A DNA stretch of 59,559 bases, from assembly GCA_043747615.1 (NCBI GenBank), contig JAYTOU010000008.1, forward strand, positions 1 to 59,559. The letters are read 5' to 3'. Source of the DNA: Myxococcales bacterium (GTDB lineage Bacteria; Myxococcota_A; Polyangia; Polyangiales; Polyangiaceae). Every line of letters begins with the position of its first letter. The stretch's first letter is position 1. The notes below the pieces were generated by a model. It worked only from the letters and a program-made list of their open reading frames with translations. It did no database searches and had not been told where the DNA came from. Shown here piece by piece: positions 10,124-20,381 of this stretch. A program made the translations under genes and the position numbers.

Positions 10124-10549
10124 TGCAGCACGATCGACGCGAGCGCGAGCGCTTATGCCAACGGCGCGCGCGGTGCTGCAGCCGATGCGCTCAAGACGCA
10201 GCGGATGCGGCGCCAACGCTGCTGTTCACCTGCGGCGCTGGCACCGTCGCGAGTTGCAGCGCTTGTGCTGGGGCGACTCAGGACTGCGTCTATTGCCAAG
10301 CGGACGGGTGGGGCAACGACGCTCAAAGGCGTGTGCAGCGGCACCGGGGCCTTCTGCGCCCTGGCGATCGCCAGCGGCGCGGCGATGTGTCCGTGCGCGT
10401 TCCCCGACGCCTCAGCTTGTCCCGAGGACTACCAAGCGTGTCACAGCGGCCTCGACGGCATCACCTGCCGCACGCGCGGCGAGCCATTTACGGTGGGCAA
10501 CTCCTGCCACGCTGGCGGTACCTGCCAAGCCGACACCACCTGCCGCTGA
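10124..10549 (+). pseudogene. Frameshifted Cys-rich secreted-protein remnant
   Basis: Protein-like text switches frames: DASASA..AADA, then QDAADAAPTLLFTCGAGTVASCSAC..CVYCQAD, then GGATTLKGVC..CPCAFPD..TCR; no clear start. Confidence 0.5.
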
Positions 10550-10591
10550 GGATCCAACGTGGTATTCCTCGCCGATGGATTTTCTGCGTGC

Positions 10592-11593
10592 ATGAGCATC
10601 CTTCGAAGCGCCTTCCACTCTCTCGTCACGTGCACGTCGGCTGCGCTCGCGTTCGCAGCGTGCAGCACCGCAAAGGCCGATCCCGCTGAGAACTGCGGAC
10701 TCTACTTCGACGCACAGGTTCAGATCCTCACCCGCTGCGGGCTAGCGCTCCCTCTTCCTCCCGACGACAACGCACGCCAGCGGACGCGATTTCTGGCGGC
10801 GTGCAAGGTCACGACGGACGAGCCCGGAACGGGACTCGGGGCAGACTGGCTGCACGCGTGCGCCGAGTCGGTGACCCGAGACCTGTGCAGCAATTTCCAG
10901 TTCGACCCGCACTGCAACCTGCCGAACGGCACGATCGAATCTGGCAAGCCGTGCGAATCGCACGCCCAATGCCAGACCGGAATTTGCAGCGGACTGGGGA
11001 CGGCCGGATCCTGCGGCACGTGTAGCCCCGTCCTCACGACCGGCGATGCGTGCATTCCGGGCGGCCCTCCCTGCAACAAATCGGCGATGTGCCTGCAAGG
11101 CACGTGCGTTGCGGCGGTCCGCCACGACAACGGCGCGAGCTGCAGCGTCGGTCGCAGTGATTGCAAGTCCGGCATTTGCGACGGCAAGACCCACACGTGC
11201 GTGGACCCTATGCCCGCGGGAGCCTCGTGCGTTTCGGAGTGGGACTGCGCGGACGGTCTCGCCTGCAGCGGTTTCGTGTGCACGCCCACCGTCGGAATGG
11301 GGGCCGCCTGCGCGCCTGAAATCGGTCCCACGCCGTCGCCCGCGCCGTGTTCGCGCTCCCTCGTCTGCGCCCGCGCCACGAAAACATGCGTCGCCGTTCA
11401 CCTGGCAAAAGCCGGCGAACCTTGCGACGTCGACGCGACACGATGCGAGATCGGAACCTGCAACGGAACGTGTCCGACCGTCCTCGCCGACGGCGCTCCG
11501 TGCGATCCCTCGAGGGCGCACACCACCTGTGATTTCTTTGCAGAATGCAAGGATGGGACGTGCGTTACCGGCAACGCCATGCCGTGCAAATAG
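10592..11593 (+). CDS. Cys-rich repeat lipoprotein
   Basis: Lipobox AFAAC; numerous GxxC...C repeats. Confidence 0.8.
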   Translation: MSILRSAFHSLVTCTSAALAFAACSTAKADPAENCGLYFDAQVQILTRCGLALPLPPDDNARQRTRFLAACKVTTDEPGTGLGADWLHACAESVTRDLCSNFQFDPHCNLPNGTIESGKPCESHAQCQTGICSGLGTAGSCGTCSPVLTTGDACIPGGPPCNKSAMCLQGTCVAAVRHDNGASCSVGRSDCKSGICDGKTHTCVDPMPAGASCVSEWDCADGLACSGFVCTPTVGMGAACAPEIGPTPSPAPCSRSLVCARATKTCVAVHLAKAGEPCDVDATRCEIGTCNGTCPTVLADGAPCDPSRAHTTCDFFAECKDGTCVTGNAMPCK

Positions 11594-11614
11594 GGCCGTC
11601 GTCTCGCCCTGTAA

Positions 11615-11917
11615 TTAGCTCTTCGGTGCGAACGACTTGCAGAACCCGTGGGGGTGCACCGGGCCCTTGAGGAGCTTGCACGTGCCGCACGCCCCTTCGG
11701 CTTTCGGCGCGATGTATTGCACGCACGTCTCGCAGTTCTTTGGTGGGAACGGCGTGGCGTCCTGGTAGGCGAGGCTCACCCTCGCTTGGACTTCGTCCTT
11801 CTCGAGGCCGCTCGTGTCGACGCACGAGTCTGGCACCTTCTTCTTGCACGCGAGGCCGACGAGCGACACCAGCCCGCCGGCCGCGGCCTGGAGCAAGTGG
11901 CGCCGCCCGACGTTCAC
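11615..11917 (-). CDS. High-potential iron-sulfur protein (HiPIP), Tat-exported lipoprotein
   Basis: GRRHLL twin-Arg, VGLAC lipobox, NCETC..GTC..GPVHPHGFCKSF; GTG 11917 overlaps the upstream TGA (GTGA). Confidence 0.88.
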   Translation of the reverse strand: MNVGRRHLLQAAAGGLVSLVGLACKKKVPDSCVDTSGLEKDEVQARVSLAYQDATPFPPKNCETCVQYIAPKAEGACGTCKLLKGPVHPHGFCKSFAPKS

Positions 11918-12828
11918 CGGTTTCCGTAAGCGATCGGCGGAATCGACTGGAGGTAGGCGAAGGCTGCTTTCTTCTCCGTCTCGTCCATCTGGCCAAACGA
12001 TTCGACGGGCATGAAGGGCTTCATCTGCTGCCCGTTCTTCCGAGTCGACTTCGTGAGGAGCGTGTCGAAGTCGTCGTACGTCCAGCCCTTGAGGCCGGTC
12101 TCGTGTGGCGTGAGGTTGAGCGGTGGCGGAAAGCTCGGGGGCGTGCCCGGAATGGGACCACCGCTCAGCGTCTCGCCGTGGCAACCGGTGCACATCCTCG
12201 CAACGTACTTTCCGTAGGCGGCGGTCGGTGTCGGCGCGGGCGCGAGATCGACCTTCTCGTGGTTGATGTGGCGCGCGACGTCCATGACGAACTTGCCCTG
12301 CCTGTCGAGAACCTTGCCGACCGTTTTAACCTCGACGAGCCCGTTGGGCTTATCGACCGAAGGGACGGTGCGGAGAAAAGAAATGATCGCCGCGACGTCC
12401 GCGTCGGGCAGCCAGTTGAAGTCCTGCGCAGGCATGAAGCGGAGGGAGCGACCGTCCTTCTTCAGCCCGTGGCGAATGAGACGCGCAAGCTCGCCATCGC
12501 TGTACGCGGCTCCCGTTCCCCCCGGGGTAATGTTCGGCGCGTTGAGCGTCGCGAGCGGGCCCATTGCGAGCTCGCCGCCCGCGAAATCCGACCCGTGGCA
12601 CTTCGTACCCGAGCATCCGGCGACGGACTCGGCGAGATGCTTACCTCGCGCGATGACCGTAGCGTCGGTCGACCGCTTGAAGTCGTCCATGGGCTTCACG
12701 TCGTAGACTTTGTCCAGGCTCGCGTCGAAGTCGCTCGACTGAACGCAGGCGTAAATACCGCCGCCTGCTCCGATGACGGCGACGAGAGCAAGTAGCCCGA
12801 GCAAGATTCGCTTGATGATGCGCTTCAC
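11914..12828 (-). CDS. Membrane-anchored diheme c-type cytochrome
   Basis: N-terminal TM; RGKHL..CSGTKCHG..APNITP..MP and YGKY..CTGCHG..PLNLTP..MP; GGGAGG RBS. Confidence 0.9.
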   Translation of the reverse strand: MKRIIKRILLGLLALVAVIGAGGGIYACVQSSDFDASLDKVYDVKPMDDFKRSTDATVIARGKHLAESVAGCSGTKCHGSDFAGGELAMGPLATLNAPNITPGGTGAAYSDGELARLIRHGLKKDGRSLRFMPAQDFNWLPDADVAAIISFLRTVPSVDKPNGLVEVKTVGKVLDRQGKFVMDVARHINHEKVDLAPAPTPTAAYGKYVARMCTGCHGETLSGGPIPGTPPSFPPPLNLTPHETGLKGWTYDDFDTLLTKSTRKNGQQMKPFMPVESFGQMDETEKKAAFAYLQSIPPIAYGNR

Positions 12829-12837
12829 GAGGCCTCC

Positions 12838-15408
12838 CTATTTGTTGAACTGCTCTACCTCGTCGTACGTCATTTCTTTCATCCCTCCGAGGGCGTAGTT
12901 GCGCGTGGACCACATGACTCCGAGGTCGGTCGCATAGTCACCCACGCGAACCCGCACGATCTCGGGCGACGAATCCTGCGGTGCGCCGGCAATCATCTTT
13001 ACGCGAGCACGCGTGTGACCAGGACCCACGTTGGCGCTTCCTCGAGCGACCGGCGCGCCGTGATGGTCGAGGAGCTCCACGACCACCGTTCCGATCGGCC
13101 GCGTGCTCTTCAGGAGGTACAGGCTCTCGTTCTCGACAGCCGAGCTCAGGGACGCGATCGCCAGGGGCGGCGCGGGCAGTGCTGGAGCGGTGTAGCTCCT
13201 CGCCCAGGGGTCCGAGACGGTCTTTAGCTTCGAGGCCTCTTGGTCGTTCAGGCGATGCGCCAGCGAGCTTCGCGCCTCGAAGGCCCGCGCGACCGGGCCC
13301 ACCATGATCCGCGGCGGACCGCCCGTATCGACCACGAAGAGGCCGATCCGCGGCGCGGTCGCTCCTGCGTAGACCACGGTCTCGGCGTTCGACGACGTGT
13401 AGTAATCGGCGATGAAGCCTTCGTCCGCGAAAGCCCCCCCCTCGACGAAGAGATCGAAGTACCAACCGTCTTTGCTCCCCGGGCCGTCGGAGCTCGGCGG
13501 CCGAATCTCAACCACCATGGAGAGGTAGCGCTTTGCCTCTTCGGACAGCGGTCGGTTCGCCAGCTCCTCGACGACGATGGCGCGCAGAACGCGAAGATGG
13601 AACGTGAGCTTGGCGAAATAGGCCTCTCCCGCTGGTTGGGCGAGCATCTTCTCGACCGCCGCGCCGCGTGAGGCGTATTCGAGGAGCGCGTCGTACACGC
13701 CGAGGGCCGGCTCCACGTACCCTTCGGGGATCTCGCACCCCCCTTCATCGTACGCTTGGCCGGCAATGAGGACGTAGTTGTGGCGAATCTGTCCGTAGGC
13801 GGCGATCGCCGAGTTGAGTCGAAGGTCGCGGAAGGCATTCGTCTTCATGAACGACGGCAAGGCGCCGCTCGGCTCGTCAGCGAGGGCGCGGGCAGCCGAG
13901 AACCATGCATTATACATGTCTTTGGTGGTGGCTTTTTGGGCAAGGAGCGCGCGTCCCGCTTCGAGCTGGGAGCCTAGGGTCGGAAATGCCATTAACTCGT
14001 TTTTCAAGTACGTCTTCGCGCGATCGTGCCCCAGGAGAAACCCGATGTCGGCCGCTCCAAGAAGCTCGCGGCCCGGCGTCGCACCGTGGACGAGGAGCTC
14101 GGCGGCGGTGGTGTCTGGAACGATCCGCGGCCCGAGCATCGTGGCGATCGCCGGGAGCGGCGTGGAGCCTTGAGGCATGTAGTGGACGCGCGTCGTTCGC
14201 TCGAAATCCCGTCCAATGGCTGCGATCAAACGCTCGGCAGAATCGGGGATGCTGAGCGTCGTGATTTTTCCTTTTACGCGGAGGGCGGCGAGATCCGCAA
14301 AGCTCGCGTCCTCGCGCTTTCCGGCAAAGGCTCCCCAGGCTTGATCAAGGAGCGCGATGTCCTCCATGACGTGGGCGCGTGCCGCCAGATCCGCGAGGGC
14401 GAGAGCATCGACCGCTTCGCGCGGTGTCTCGCGAGGATCGACGACGATGCCCGGGGCGGAGCTACGCGAGGCGCGCGACACGAGGTTGAGCTCGAGGCGC
14501 GAAAGCCACATAGATGCGCGAAAATAGGCCTTCAGCGCTCCTTCTTCGAAGCTCGCGTAGTGACCTCGCGGAGCGTACTGAGAAAAATCCACCACCCGAC
14601 TGCGACCGAAAAGGGACACGGTCTCGAGACCGCTCGCCTTGCGCGCCTTGTCGATGAGCGCGGCTGATTCGGGGTCGGTGCCGAGCGCGCTGGGAACGTT
14701 CTTTCCCTCTTCGCCCAGGAGCGAGCGGGCCACGGTCAGATACACATCGAGGTCGCGCGCTACCTCGGGCGGATACGTCCCGGCGGCTGCCCGGAGCTCG
14801 GCGTGCATGCGGTCGACCACGTGCGCCTCGCGAGGGAGAAGCGTCGCGAGCTCTGCCCGCGCGATGAGAACGTCGTTCGACTGGTAGACCGAGTGAAGGA
14901 TGGAATCGATCGAGACGTAGATCGGCAGTTGCGCCTGGTAGATGCTGTGAAAGGCTCGGGCGAAGCCGTCCTTGCCGAGGCGTTCAAGGACGACGAAGCC
15001 CTCGCGCGCGAGGATGCGCTTCTCCGACGCTGTCAGCGCATAGCGCCGAGCCACGAGGCCGAGGTAGCGCGGATCGGCTTTTTTGTCCCAGGGGGCAACG
15101 GGTAGAGGCGGGGCCTTTTGCCGAGACCCAGCGAGGATCGCGCGCCCCGCGAGCTCGATGTTCGAGTCGGCGACCTCGCAGAGATCATTTGGATCGTGCG
15201 GACGGATACGGTGCGTCTCTGCCCACAACACCGGCGAGGAAGCGGCAAGCGCCTCCATCCCAGCGTCAGGAGAAGCGAGCGCGAGGGAGGCGTCGGCGGG
15301 CGCGATCGCCGAACGCGGGCGCTCAGGCGACACCGTCGGACAGGCGGCGAGAAGCAGGACCGCGCATGCCGTGACGACGGTCTGTCGCCAATCGGTAGCC
15401 GTTATCAT
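12838..15408 (-). CDS. DUF3160 family lipoprotein
   Basis: Lipobox LAAC; PIYVSIDSILH, VDFSQYAPRGHY, YFRASMWL, YGQIRH, GYVEP. Confidence 0.85.
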   Translation of the reverse strand: MITATDWRQTVVTACAVLLLAACPTVSPERPRSAIAPADASLALASPDAGMEALAASSPVLWAETHRIRPHDPNDLCEVADSNIELAGRAILAGSRQKAPPLPVAPWDKKADPRYLGLVARRYALTASEKRILAREGFVVLERLGKDGFARAFHSIYQAQLPIYVSIDSILHSVYQSNDVLIARAELATLLPREAHVVDRMHAELRAAAGTYPPEVARDLDVYLTVARSLLGEEGKNVPSALGTDPESAALIDKARKASGLETVSLFGRSRVVDFSQYAPRGHYASFEEGALKAYFRASMWLSRLELNLVSRASRSSAPGIVVDPRETPREAVDALALADLAARAHVMEDIALLDQAWGAFAGKREDASFADLAALRVKGKITTLSIPDSAERLIAAIGRDFERTTRVHYMPQGSTPLPAIATMLGPRIVPDTTAAELLVHGATPGRELLGAADIGFLLGHDRAKTYLKNELMAFPTLGSQLEAGRALLAQKATTKDMYNAWFSAARALADEPSGALPSFMKTNAFRDLRLNSAIAAYGQIRHNYVLIAGQAYDEGGCEIPEGYVEPALGVYDALLEYASRGAAVEKMLAQPAGEAYFAKLTFHLRVLRAIVVEELANRPLSEEAKRYLSMVVEIRPPSSDGPGSKDGWYFDLFVEGGAFADEGFIADYYTSSNAETVVYAGATAPRIGLFVVDTGGPPRIMVGPVARAFEARSSLAHRLNDQEASKLKTVSDPWARSYTAPALPAPPLAIASLSSAVENESLYLLKSTRPIGTVVVELLDHHGAPVARGSANVGPGHTRARVKMIAGAPQDSSPEIVRVRVGDYATDLGVMWSTRNYALGGMKEMTYDEVEQFNK

Positions 15409-15442
15409 GGGCGCCACGATAACTCAGCTAGGATGGTGACGC

Positions 15443-16417
15443 ATGCACTTCGCCTTTGGCCGCGCACGGGGAACGCTTATCTTCATGATTGCGCTCGGTA
15501 CGACGGGATTCGTCGCCTGCGGCTCGCGCACCGCTCTTCCTTTCGACGACACTGCACAGCTCGCGAGCGACGCCAGCGAGGACGTGCGGCGGCTGCCGGA
15601 CGGAGGCATCGAAGACTCTCTGCCGCCGATCGATGCGATGCGCCGCGACGCGCACCGAATGGATTGCCTCGACGCCAGAGATACGCAAATTTACGCGGTC
15701 ACCTCCGACACGAACGAGCTCCTCGCGTTCTACCCGCCGCAGGGAACATTCAAGCGCATCGGAGTCGTCTCCTGTCCGGCCTTTCTCGGCGCTCAGCCGT
15801 TCTCGATGGCCGTCGATCGGAAAGGCGTGGCCTACGTCCTCTTCGAGAATCAAACCGGAGCCGGCGATCCCGACGGCGAGATCTTCCGAGTGAGCACCAC
15901 CACGGCGGCTTGCGTGCGCACCGCGTTCAGACCCAACGACCGCGGATTTCAAAGTTTCGGGATGGGCTTCTCCACGAACATGGGTGGGCCTGCCGAGACC
16001 CTCTTCATCGCACGCAACGCCAACAGCGGCACGCCAACCCTCGGCTCGATCGACACCACGACGATGCGAGTCACGAACATCAACGATTTCAACCCCCCGA
16101 TCGCCTCCGCCGAGCTCACCGGAACGGGCGACGGCCGTCTCTTCGCGTTTTATGCGCGCCAAACGGGAGCACCCGACTCGTTCGTAGGCGAGATCGACAA
16201 GACCACTGCCAACGTCATTGCCGAGGATCGCATCGCCATGCCGCAGGGCAATGGCTGGGCGTTCGCCTTCTGGGGCGGCGACTTCTACTTGTTCACAGGC
16301 GCCGGCGGTAGCTCGACCATCACAAAGTTCGATCCGATCACCAAGGCGACCACCGAAGTTGGCTCGTACCCCGCGCTCATCGTTGGTGCAGGGGTGTCGA
16401 CGTGCGCTCCCCCGTGA
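15443..16417 (+). CDS. Lipoprotein, probable beta-propeller
   Basis: Lipobox FVACGSRT; PFSMAVDR, AELTGTGDGRL, WAFAFWGGDFYLF, IVGAGVSTCAP. Confidence 0.8.
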   Translation: MHFAFGRARGTLIFMIALGTTGFVACGSRTALPFDDTAQLASDASEDVRRLPDGGIEDSLPPIDAMRRDAHRMDCLDARDTQIYAVTSDTNELLAFYPPQGTFKRIGVVSCPAFLGAQPFSMAVDRKGVAYVLFENQTGAGDPDGEIFRVSTTTAACVRTAFRPNDRGFQSFGMGFSTNMGGPAETLFIARNANSGTPTLGSIDTTTMRVTNINDFNPPIASAELTGTGDGRLFAFYARQTGAPDSFVGEIDKTTANVIAEDRIAMPQGNGWAFAFWGGDFYLFTGAGGSSTITKFDPITKATTEVGSYPALIVGAGVSTCAPP

Positions 16418-17120
16418 TGGTGTACTGAGAGATCGTCATCGACCCACGGAAGCGCTTCCGGAAGAAGAGCACGCCGCCCTCGCCGTCCATGACCACCTTC
16501 GAGGGCGCCGGGCCTAGCGCGGTCGGCGCGCCGAACTCCACGGTCACGTTCACATGATCGATGAACATCGAGGTTTTGCTCAGCTTGAAGCCCGCCGAGA
16601 TGAGAGTGCCAGTCTTCGTGTCCACCCACGCCGAGCCCTCGATGGTGTCGTCGTCTTTCACCTTCGGCGCAAATGCAATCCGCACGCGCGACGGATCCGC
16701 GCCATCGACCTCCACCTGATCGAAGACGTAGCGAGGCTGCTCTTCGATGAGGACGGGCATGCGAAATTTTGGTTTGGCTGTCGCCGGCTTTCGTTCACGG
16801 TCGCGAGCCTTCTTTCGGGCTTCGTCGGTCTTGTCCTCGCCGTCCTCGGTGTAGCGCTCGACCGTCACCTTGGCGATGGTGCCGTCGGCGTCGACGTGCG
16901 CTTTGAGTTCTTTGATGACGTTTGCGTTTCCGTTGCCGTCGACGTTCTCCATGCGCCCTTCGATCGTGTAGCTGGCGCGGGTGCGCATCGACTCGAAGTG
17001 GGCTGCATGGACCGCGAGCCGCTTCATCAGATCCGCATCGGGGGTCTGCGCGCGCGCCTCACGGGGAAGCGAAACGACGGCGAGCGCGAGCAGAGTCGCG
17101 GCGAGGAAGCGTGACGGCAT
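16377..17120 (-). CDS. Secreted hypothetical protein, beta-rich
   Basis: Signal peptide MPSRFLAATLL..ARA; IAFAPK..IEGSAWVD; 41-bp convergent overlap with the previous gene. Confidence 0.7.
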   Translation of the reverse strand: MPSRFLAATLLALAVVSLPREARAQTPDADLMKRLAVHAAHFESMRTRASYTIEGRMENVDGNGNANVIKELKAHVDADGTIAKVTVERYTEDGEDKTDEARKKARDRERKPATAKPKFRMPVLIEEQPRYVFDQVEVDGADPSRVRIAFAPKVKDDDTIEGSAWVDTKTGTLISAGFKLSKTSMFIDHVNVTVEFGAPTALGPAPSKVVMDGEGGVLFFRKRFRGSMTISQYTITGERTSTPLHQR

Positions 17121-17182
17121 GATCTCAGTCTTGTCTTGCGTCGCCCATTTCGCAAACGCGAGCACGGGTATATGACCCTCGG

Positions 17183-17977
17183 ATGCATAGCAAGGTGGCG
17201 CTCGTGACCGGGGCATCGAGCGGCATCGGGCTCTCTGTGGCGCGAAAATGGGTAGCGCAGGGCGGCCGGGTGGCGCTCGTCGCGCGGACGCGCTCGAAGC
17301 TCGAGGCCATCGCCAAGGAGCTCGGAGAGGAGCACGCCGCGGCTTTCCCACTCGACGTAACGGACCTCGATGCGCTCGCCGCCCTCCCGGAGAAGGTGAA
17401 GAATCACTTCGGAAGCGTGGACGTGCTGGTGAACAATGCAGGGCTGAACCACCGCGGCTCGATCGCCAAGTACGCGCCCCGCGATCTCGCGGACATCATT
17501 CTCACGAACCTCACGGCGCCCATCGTCCTCACCCGCGCCGTGATGCAGCACATTTCGCGCGGCGGATCGATCATCCAGCTCGCGAGCATCGCCGGCATGG
17601 TTCCGGTTCCCGGCGAGGCCACCTACAGCGGCTCGAAGGCCGGGCTGCGGGCCTTCTCCCGCGCCGTCGCCGAAGACTTCAAGCACCTCGACGTGCACGT
17701 GGGCTGCGTGTGCCCAGGCCCCGTAGACACGGGTTTTCTGGGGGATCTGAGGGAGGTGCCGGATCTCGTGCTGTCGCAGCCGATGAGCAGCGCGGACGAC
17801 GTGGCCGACGCCGTCCTCGAGTGCATCGAGAAGCGCAGCGACGAGATCGCCATCCCGAGCGCGTCCGGTCGCCTAGCCACCGTCGGCTATCTCTTTCCCG
17901 GCATCGCCTCGCGCATCCGACCGGCCCTCGAGAAGCGCGGGGCTGCGCTGCGAAAAGACATTCTCTCCCGCCGGTGA
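17183..17977 (+). CDS. Short-chain dehydrogenase/reductase (SDR)
   Basis: TGASSGIG, VNNAG, YSGSK. Confidence 0.95.
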   Translation: MHSKVALVTGASSGIGLSVARKWVAQGGRVALVARTRSKLEAIAKELGEEHAAAFPLDVTDLDALAALPEKVKNHFGSVDVLVNNAGLNHRGSIAKYAPRDLADIILTNLTAPIVLTRAVMQHISRGGSIIQLASIAGMVPVPGEATYSGSKAGLRAFSRAVAEDFKHLDVHVGCVCPGPVDTGFLGDLREVPDLVLSQPMSSADDVADAVLECIEKRSDEIAIPSASGRLATVGYLFPGIASRIRPALEKRGAALRKDILSRR

Positions 17978-18010
17978 GAACGGCGAGTACTTCTTAAATC
18001 AGCGGTGGGG

Positions 18011-18887
18011 TTAGGGCGAGCAGCAGCGAAACCCGATGTCTCTGTCACTGTATTTCATACCGATGGGACGCGCGAACGCGCAGTCCTGACTCGCGCCGGC
18101 TGGGTCGAGAAAGCTTCCGCTCCTCTCGATGCAGTCCGTCAGCCCGGCAATCGTGACTACGCACGAGTCTTCCCACTCGTAGACATTGCCGACCATGTCG
18201 TAAAGTCCAGGGAAGCCACCGACGCACTCGGCAAGACTGCCCACCACGGTCGAGGAGCCCGCATCAACCTCGGGGATGTTGCAGGCCGAGGGCTTGAAGG
18301 AATTTCCGTACGGGAACGCGTGATTGCCGTCGGCCCCGTGGCTGCACGCCGTGAACCACTGGTTCGTCGAATCCACCAGTGAGCCCGACGGTCCGCCGGA
18401 GACGCTCCCGCAGAGTCGTTTTCCGGCCCACGCGCAGTAGGCGTACGCGTCACACCACTCGACCCACGATTGCGGAGACGTTTGCGTAGGTACGAGGCCG
18501 ATCGGAATGTGCGTCGTCTTGTAGGCGCACGCGGGCGGACCGGCATTGGCGGGTGCGGCGCTCGTGGCCAGAAAGATCGAGTAGTCCTTGTGCGTCACTT
18601 CGGTGCTGTCGATGCAGAACGCGCCGACCCGAATCGCGGTGGGGCCTGCTGTTCCTGGGCAGGCAGCATCGACGCCCGTGTCCATCGAGCCGTCGAGCGG
18701 CGCTCCATCGTTGCCGGCCGCGTCGTCCGCGTCGCCGCACGCGCCGTCAACAGGCGCTCCATCCGTGGATGGCATCGAGCGCGTCGCCTACGCGAAACAA
18801 GTCCCCGATGCCGGTGATGAGCCCGCAGCTCGCCGCCGCGGTCCCCATGATGACGCTGCAAATGAAGACCTTCGCGCTCTTCGCCAC
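18011..18887 (-). pseudogene. FGE-sulfatase (SUMF1-like) domain lipoprotein with an apparent frameshift after the signal peptide
   Basis: IDSTEVT, DAYAYCAWAGKRLC, GLYDMVGNVYEW, IGFRCC in 18011-18775; signal MAKSAKVFICSVIMGTAAASCGLITGIGDL from GTG 18887 is in a different frame (112-nt offset). Confidence 0.7.
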
Positions 18888-18972
18888 GGCTGATACTACC
18901 ACGCTTCGCCAACTTCGTCGGAACGGTGCGCCCCCTCGAGGGCCCCGCCGACATCCAAAGGATCACCGCGCA

Positions 18973-19371
18973 ATGACTGACCAGACGCCTTCCGGTTCCG
19001 GCCGCAAAAAAACCGTCGCGCTCGTGCTAGCGGGCCTTCTCATCGTCCCCGGCCTCGTCTTCGCGGCGTGGTCGGCGATCACCCTGACCTACTCGTTCTC
19101 GAGTGGTGAGCGCGCCGGCTACATGCAAAAGCTTTCGCACAAAGGTTGGGTCTGCAAGACCTACGAGGGCGAGCTGCAGATGACGAACATCCCCGGCGCT
19201 GCCCCCGAGAAGTTCGTCTTCACGGTACGGGATCCCGCCGTCGCCAAGCAGCTCGATGGCCTCAGCGGCGAGCATGTCTCCCTCATGTACGACGAGCACA
19301 AGGGTGTGCCTTCGTCATGCTTCGGCGACACGCCTTACTTCGTCACCGGCGCCCGCAAGGTTGCCCCCTAA
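18973..19371 (+). CDS. Conserved membrane-anchored hypothetical protein
   Basis: TM helix, then YSFSSGERAGYMQKLSHKGWVCKTYEGEL..GDTPYFV. Confidence 0.8.
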   Translation: MTDQTPSGSGRKKTVALVLAGLLIVPGLVFAAWSAITLTYSFSSGERAGYMQKLSHKGWVCKTYEGELQMTNIPGAAPEKFVFTVRDPAVAKQLDGLSGEHVSLMYDEHKGVPSSCFGDTPYFVTGARKVAP

Positions 19372-20381
19372 GGCTTCAGGCAGCGAAGCATCTCGCGGAG
19401 CACGACGATCTCTTCGCGCGCGGGAATCACGAGCACTTTGGCGGGGACGAACGAAAACGCGGACGTGAGATCCGTGCGCACGCGCTCCGAGTTTTCTCCG
19501 ATGCCCCCGGTGAAGACGAGGGCGTCAAGCCCGCCGAGCGCTCCCACCATGGCTCCCAAGCCGCGCTTCAACCCGTGCACGAACATCGCGTACGCGAGAC
19601 GCGCGCGGGCGACGCCGCTTTGGGCACGGGCAAGCACCACCCGCAGGTCGGCCGACTCTCCCGAAACGCCGAGGAGGCCCGACTCATTCTCGAGCGCTTG
19701 TTCGAGCGCGGCTGGCGTCATCTCTTTCAACAAATGAAACATGAGCCCGGGATCAATCGAGCCGGAGCGGGTGGACATCATCAGCCCTTCGAGCGGCGTG
19801 AAGCCCATCGTGGTGTCCACGGATTTTCCGTCGCGCACGGCCGTCATCGAAGAGCCGCTGCCGAGGTGGCAGACCACGAGCTTCTTCGGGACCGCGCCGA
19901 GGAGCTCCGTAGCGCGCCCCACCGCGTAGTCGACGCTCAAACCGTGGAAGCCAAAACGCCTGATGTTGCGGCTCTCCGTCCACACGTAAGGAATGGGATA
20001 AAGCGCCGCTTCGTCGGGTATCGAAGCATGAAACGCAGTGTCGAAGGCGGCGACGTGTCGAAGCGTGGGGAACGCGTTGCGTGCGGCATCGAGCACCGCG
20101 AGCGCGCGCGGCATGTGAAGGGGATCGAGCTCGGCGATTTCACCGAGCGTCTTGCGGACGGCGTCGTCGATGAGCCGCGCCTCGCGAAACGCGCTCCCAC
20201 CGTGGACGAAACGATGACCGATGGCGTCGGCCGGGGGGAGCGATCGGAGCACGTCCGGCGCGGCTCCCTTGTCCGGCCATTCCACCGACTCGCTGCCAAG
20301 CACCCTTCCCGTCTTCGCCTCGAGCAGCGCCCACTTGAGCGAGCTCGATCCCGCGTTGAGGACGAGAGCAACGTCGATCAC
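19368..20381 (-). CDS. ackA: Acetate kinase
   Basis: [57 protein letters not shown]. Confidence 0.96.
   Translation of the reverse strand: MIDVALVLNAGSSSLKWALLEAKTGRVLGSESVEWPDKGAAPDVLRSLPPADAIGHRFVHGGSAFREARLIDDAVRKTLGEIAELDPLHMPRALAVLDAARNAFPTLRHVAAFDTAFHASIPDEAALYPIPYVWTESRNIRRFGFHGLSVDYAVGRATELLGAVPKKLVVCHLGSGSSMTAVRDGKSVDTTMGFTPLEGLMMSTRSGSIDPGLMFHLLKEMTPAALEQALENESGLLGVSGESADLRVVLARAQSGVARARLAYAMFVHGLKRGLGAMVGALGGLDALVFTGGIGENSERVRTDLTSAFSFVPAKVLVIPAREEIVVLREMLRCLKP

Noticed and set aside
11918..12193. N-terminal extension of the HiPIP ORF in the six-frame track
   Set aside because: Lies within the cytochrome gene; GTG 11917 gives a proper Tat/lipoprotein signal
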